Positions 60,054 to 64,000 of a stretch of DNA of 64,000 nt are shown in pieces. The position numbers were made by a program, and so were the translations under genes. The notes below the pieces were generated by a model. It did not search any database. It saw only the letters and a program-made list of their open reading frames with translations, and had not been told where the DNA came from. The stretch lies in sequence record SRR31156797_1995; one strand, given 5' to 3'. Positions within the stretch are counted from its first letter, which is position 1. Each line of letters starts with the position of its first letter.

Positions 60054-61307
60054 TCAGAAACGATATGCTACTATAAATTTAATTGTATTAGCTGTTGAAT
60101 TGCTTGCAGGAAATAAGATATCCTTATTAGCTCCAGCATACCTTAATTCCAGTGAATACTGTTTAAGCTTCACTCCAATTCCTCCAATAATATCAAAACT
60201 TGATTTGTCAACAGAGGACAGCTCATCATGTAAAATAGTTTGTTCTACATTTTGCTCATCTGTTTTATTCTTGAAACTATAGGAATCATTTATTACTATT
60301 CTACTCGCTAAACCAAGGTTAGCATATATTGCAATCTGTCCAATTGGTTGTTTATAACGAACTAAATTATTCATTTGCAAATAAGTATGTGTTGCTTCGC
60401 CATAAACAAAATTTTCAGAATCATTATATTCTGCTTCGAGCTTGTATTGTCCTAATACCAACTCATTATTTATCGACCACCTTCCATGGTTATATGGAAG
60501 TAAAATATCATAAAAAAATCCAATACTAAAATCTTGCTTTTGCTTAAATTTAAACTCACTATCTACTTCATCCAATTGATTCGATCCAATTGCTAAGGTC
60601 GACAATGATACTCCTACCAGAATTCCTTTTTCATAAACTACTTTATCTTTCTTTCTTTTAAATTCAGGATTCGATTTAGTGAGATCATAATACTTTTCAA
60701 ATAATTTCCTCAAGCCTTTGCGAGTGTACTCAGTATTCTTTATTTGTGATTGTATTGAAGTATTTTCGCTTAAATATAAAATTAGCTGCCCCAAGTATAC
60801 TTTACTTTCAACTATTCCCTCTTTTCCATCAATTTTAGTGAGATACTTTTTATATTTCAACAATTCATAAACATCATTATTTTTAATATAAAAATTCGTA
60901 TTTCCTTTATCAGGAACAAACGAAAATAAACTTTTATCCCCAACAAATTCCACGTTTAAAAAAACTGTATCTCTTACAAGTTCAAAATCGTTTTGCTCAT
61001 CTTGTAGTTGTGTTAATGCTGCTGAACTAATTTCCCTCTCAATTATAGCACTAACATAAACTGTATTCTTAACGCTTAATTGTTTTATTGTTTGCGGATT
61101 ATATACTTTTACTTCTCCTGTATTCCTCTCCTTAAAATTGATTTCTGATGGATTGTATTTTTTGTCAGGATAATCAATTAATCCTTGAATGGTATCTCCA
61201 TTTGTTATAACAATAAAGCCAGGTGAAAAATTCTTCTGACAATATGAGTTTTGTAGTGAAATAATACTTACTACCAATATTAATATAATTCGTAAAATTT
61301 TTCTCAC
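60054..61307 (-). CDS. Outer-membrane beta-barrel protein (PorT-like C-terminal barrel)
   Basis: Signal peptide, GFIVITNGDTIQGLI N-terminal domain, terminal AYRF; GTG start. Confidence 0.7.
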   Translation of the reverse strand: MRKILRIILILVVSIISLQNSYCQKNFSPGFIVITNGDTIQGLIDYPDKKYNPSEINFKERNTGEVKVYNPQTIKQLSVKNTVYVSAIIEREISSAALTQLQDEQNDFELVRDTVFLNVEFVGDKSLFSFVPDKGNTNFYIKNNDVYELLKYKKYLTKIDGKEGIVESKVYLGQLILYLSENTSIQSQIKNTEYTRKGLRKLFEKYYDLTKSNPEFKRKKDKVVYEKGILVGVSLSTLAIGSNQLDEVDSEFKFKQKQDFSIGFFYDILLPYNHGRWSINNELVLGQYKLEAEYNDSENFVYGEATHTYLQMNNLVRYKQPIGQIAIYANLGLASRIVINDSYSFKNKTDEQNVEQTILHDELSSVDKSSFDIIGGIGVKLKQYSLELRYAGANKDILFPASNSTANTIKFIVAYRF

Positions 61308-61408
61308 GATTAAAAGTTATAAATGAATAAGACAATAAAGATGGTAAAAGTAGTAAGCTTAATTCTTTTTGCAATACATAAAACTTATAGTTGTTCTTCA
61401 TATGGTAC

Positions 61409-61445
61409 AAAAAAACCTGTCAGGATTCTGAATCCTGACAGGTTT
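61409..61445 (-). terminator. REP-like hairpin acting as ftcd terminator
   Basis: AAACCTGTCAGGATTC-T-GAATCCTGACAGGTTT with an A tract on +. Confidence 0.75.
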
Positions 61446-61474
61446 GAAGTAAAATATTATCGTGGTACCGCTAA

Positions 61475-63175
61475 TTAGATCTTAGCGTTTACCATTTCTA
61501 CAATTTCGTTCTCCAAAGCTTGTGCCTTGTCAACAATTGCTTGTCCTTTCGCGATGATATCTGCAGCCCAAGCCTTATCGGTTAGGTCGGCAGCATTGAT
61601 CTTCACATTCATGAAAGCACCGATAACACCTGAACGAGCAGCTAATGCGCCTACACCAGCATCGGTCACCGAATTAGGGTTTCCAATCTCAGCCATAGCC
61701 TTAGCTACGTCCATAGATCCTAAGCAAAGCTCCATTGTTTGAAAAGGAACCATGGTAGCAAATTTAGTTGCTTCTTCCAAAGCCTCGGCACGAGCAGCTT
61801 TCTCCTCCTCTGTTTTCTTAGGCATACGAACAGCATCCATAATTTTATTAAAGGCATTGGTATCTTCGTCAACCAACCAGTTTAGTTTGCTGTGATACTC
61901 TTTTCCTTTTTCAGCCCAATCAGAGAACTCTTCCCAACGATCGTCCCATCCTGGCTTGTGAGCCGAAAGGTTAGCAACCATTGAACCAAGAGCAGCACCC
62001 ATAGCACCCATATAAGCAGAGATAGATCCTCCACCAGGAGCCATAGATTCTGAAGCAGTTTCTTCAACAAAAGCAGTTAGGCTCATGTCAACTAATTTCT
62101 TCGCTCCTTTTTTAGCTTCGTTCTCAAGAATATACTCGATGATTTTCTTGTCAGCATCGAATGGGTATAGCTCGTCTAATCCTAAAGATTTAACAGCGAT
62201 CTTGATGATCTCGCGATCAGCAATACCTGTAGAACGACCTTGCATACGCAAGTAGTGCTTACCTGCATCCAACATCGCCTTTAATGGCACAACACCTACC
62301 AACTCAGATCCAGTAACACGGATACCACGAGCTTGAGCCTTAGCACAAACCTCATCGAATGCCTGATGAATAGAAGTGATAGAGATATCAGTCATGTTCA
62401 TAGAGATCTGAGCAACGCCAAACTCCTCGATAAACCATCCAATTGCTTTAGTAGCCTTCAAGGTTCCCGGAGTCATTACCGGCTTACCGTTCTCATCTTT
62501 TACAATCTTTCCTGTGATAGGATTTCCTTCACGCATAGTACGACCACGCTCGCGAACGTCGAATGCAATTGCATTGGCACGACGAGTAGATGTTGTATTT
62601 AGGTTGAAGTTATAAGCAACTAGGAAGTTACGTGCACTAACTGCAGTAACACCCGATTTAGCAACAGCATCGGTAAACTCAGCTGGTCCGAAATCCGGCT
62701 TCCAACGCTCAGTTCCAATACGATCTTTCACTGCCTCGTACTCTCCAGCACGACAAACAGCAAGGTTTTTACGCTCCTCGATACGTGCGGCATTCTCGTA
62801 GCAATAAACAGGAATACCTAGCTCTGTACCAATACGCTCAGCCAATTTATGTGCCAATACCACAGTCTCTTCCATAGTAATGTTTGCAACAGGTACCAAT
62901 GGACAAACGTCAGTTGCTCCGAAACGTGGGTGAGCACCTGAATGCTTACTCATATCGATCAATTCAGCCGCTTTTTTAACAGCTTTTACAGCTGCTTCCA
63001 AAACCTCATCAGGAGTACCTACCATAGTTACAACCGTACGGTTAGTCGCTTTTCCCGGATCAACATCAACAAGGCTTACACCTTCTACAGATTCAATTTC
63101 GTTAGTAATCTGCTTAATGATATTCATGTCGTTCCCTTCTGAGAAATTAGGAACACATTCGATTAATTGTTTCAT
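61475..63175 (-). CDS. ftcd: Glutamate formimidoyltransferase / formiminotetrahydrofolate cyclodeaminase (bifunctional)
   Basis: IECVPNFSEG, HPRFGATDVCP, LVAYNFNL, APGGGSISA, GNPNSVTDAGVG. Confidence 0.95.
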   Translation of the reverse strand: MKQLIECVPNFSEGNDMNIIKQITNEIESVEGVSLVDVDPGKATNRTVVTMVGTPDEVLEAAVKAVKKAAELIDMSKHSGAHPRFGATDVCPLVPVANITMEETVVLAHKLAERIGTELGIPVYCYENAARIEERKNLAVCRAGEYEAVKDRIGTERWKPDFGPAEFTDAVAKSGVTAVSARNFLVAYNFNLNTTSTRRANAIAFDVRERGRTMREGNPITGKIVKDENGKPVMTPGTLKATKAIGWFIEEFGVAQISMNMTDISITSIHQAFDEVCAKAQARGIRVTGSELVGVVPLKAMLDAGKHYLRMQGRSTGIADREIIKIAVKSLGLDELYPFDADKKIIEYILENEAKKGAKKLVDMSLTAFVEETASESMAPGGGSISAYMGAMGAALGSMVANLSAHKPGWDDRWEEFSDWAEKGKEYHSKLNWLVDEDTNAFNKIMDAVRMPKKTEEEKAARAEALEEATKFATMVPFQTMELCLGSMDVAKAMAEIGNPNSVTDAGVGALAARSGVIGAFMNVKINAADLTDKAWAADIIAKGQAIVDKAQALENEIVEMVNAKI

Positions 63176-63255
63176 TATAGTGTGATTGTATTAAGTTTTA
63201 AATATTTAATTTCTTTTATATCTCATTATTAATCTAATTAGTTCAATAATGAATC

Positions 63256-63352
63256 TTTCCCTTTAGGGATAATGCCGACAGGCGAAAAGGTGCATTTTAC
63301 AATTACGAAACACTCCTCTGTCCTTTGGACATCACCCCTAAAAGGGGAGAAA
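63256..63352. repeat. Degenerate bipartite palindromic element between hutI and ftcd
   Basis: TTTCCCTTTAGGGATAATGCCGACAGGC...GTCCTTTGGACATCACCCCTAAAAGGGGAGAAA: complementary arms, each with internal hairpins. Confidence 0.55.
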
Positions 63353-63374
63353 CTCCTGCCTTAATAACAGTGAA

Positions 63375-64000
63375 TTATAGTCTCTGTCCTCTCAAAATCA
63401 CTGCATCAATCAAATTACTACCATAAGCATAAGGCATAAACTCGATAGATGGAATTTCTTTTGTGATGAATACGTTGGCAATTTTACCTTTGGCAATACT
63501 TCCCAACTCTTCCTGAACGCCCATTGCGTAAGCAGAGTTTATTGTAGTCGCATTCACAGCTTCCTGTGGTAACATTTTATAGTTGATACAAGCCAATGAC
63601 ATGATGAATTTCATATTACCCGATGGAGATGATCCTGGATTGAAATCAGAAGCCAAAGCAACTGGTAATCCTGCATTCATCATATTGCGAACAGGCGAAC
63701 AAACCATATTTAGAAAGAAAGCTGCACCAGGCAAAACAGTTGGCATAGTTTCAGATTTCTTTAGGCATTCTATTTCCTCATCGCCTACAAACTCCAAGTG
63801 GTCAACCGATAGAGCATTGTACTTCACTCCTACCTGAATACCTCCTGAATAATCCAACTCATTGGCATGGATTTTAGGACGCATTCCGTGTTTCATTCCT
63901 GCATTTAGAATTCTATCGGTCTCCTCAACAGTAAAGAATCCTTTATCGCAAAATACATCGATATAGTCAGCCAATTCTTCAGCAGCAACCATTGGAATCA
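63375..64000 (-). CDS. hutI: Imidazolonepropionase (partial; 5' end outside the window)
   Basis: DVFCDKGFF, KIHANEL, SVDHLE, ALASDFNPGSSP; upstream of ftcd. Confidence 0.95.
   Translation of the reverse strand, partial: IPMVAAEELADYIDVFCDKGFFTVEETDRILNAGMKHGMRPKIHANELDYSGGIQVGVKYNALSVDHLEFVGDEEIECLKKSETMPTVLPGAAFFLNMVCSPVRNMMNAGLPVALASDFNPGSSPSGNMKFIMSLACINYKMLPQEAVNATTINSAYAMGVQEELGSIAKGKIANVFITKEIPSIEFMPYAYGSNLIDAVILRGQRL

Noticed and set aside
1..64000. tRNA, rRNA, integrase, transposase or prophage genes
   Set aside because: No cloverleaf/TPsiC signatures or such ORFs seen on reading the intergenic regions; a tRNAscan-SE/Infernal run would confirm.

Overview
AT-rich chromosomal window from a Bacteroidota bacterium, most likely a marine or sediment Marinilabiliales/Marinifilaceae-like organism. 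This assignment is inferred from gldFG-dnaN synteny, a stand-alone pheT, TAnnTTTG promoters and the PorE-like, DUF3078 and DUF6261 families. Most genes are housekeeping or metabolic: dnaN (partial), gldG/gldF, lpxB, surE, pheT, pfkA, tnaA, two cold-shock genes, cydAB, coaX, a GH3/beta-lactamase-fold fusion, a cysteine desulfurase, an AddB-like nuclease, sucAB, ftcd and hutI (partial). Accessory blocks are a tandemly duplicated PagL-like/DUF2807 pair beside lpxB, an ArsR-Trx-ArsF-ArsG-ArsP organoarsenical-type cluster, and a palindrome-rich region at about 57.7-61.5 kb. I found no rRNA, tRNA, cas genes, integrase or transposase. The most interesting signals are non-coding: (i) a 26-codon leader ORF plus structured spacer before tryptophanase; (ii) a 12-codon Arg/Lys-rich leader ORF ending Pro-stop, followed by four hairpins, before a YitT gene; (iii) a free-standing structured sRNA candidate at about 41.45-41.57 kb; (iv) an array of hairpin units with about 41-bp period upstream of a DUF6261 gene; (v) a four-Cys tail on SucA together with an OxyR-like box upstream of sucAB. 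All family calls are by motif recognition, without database searches.
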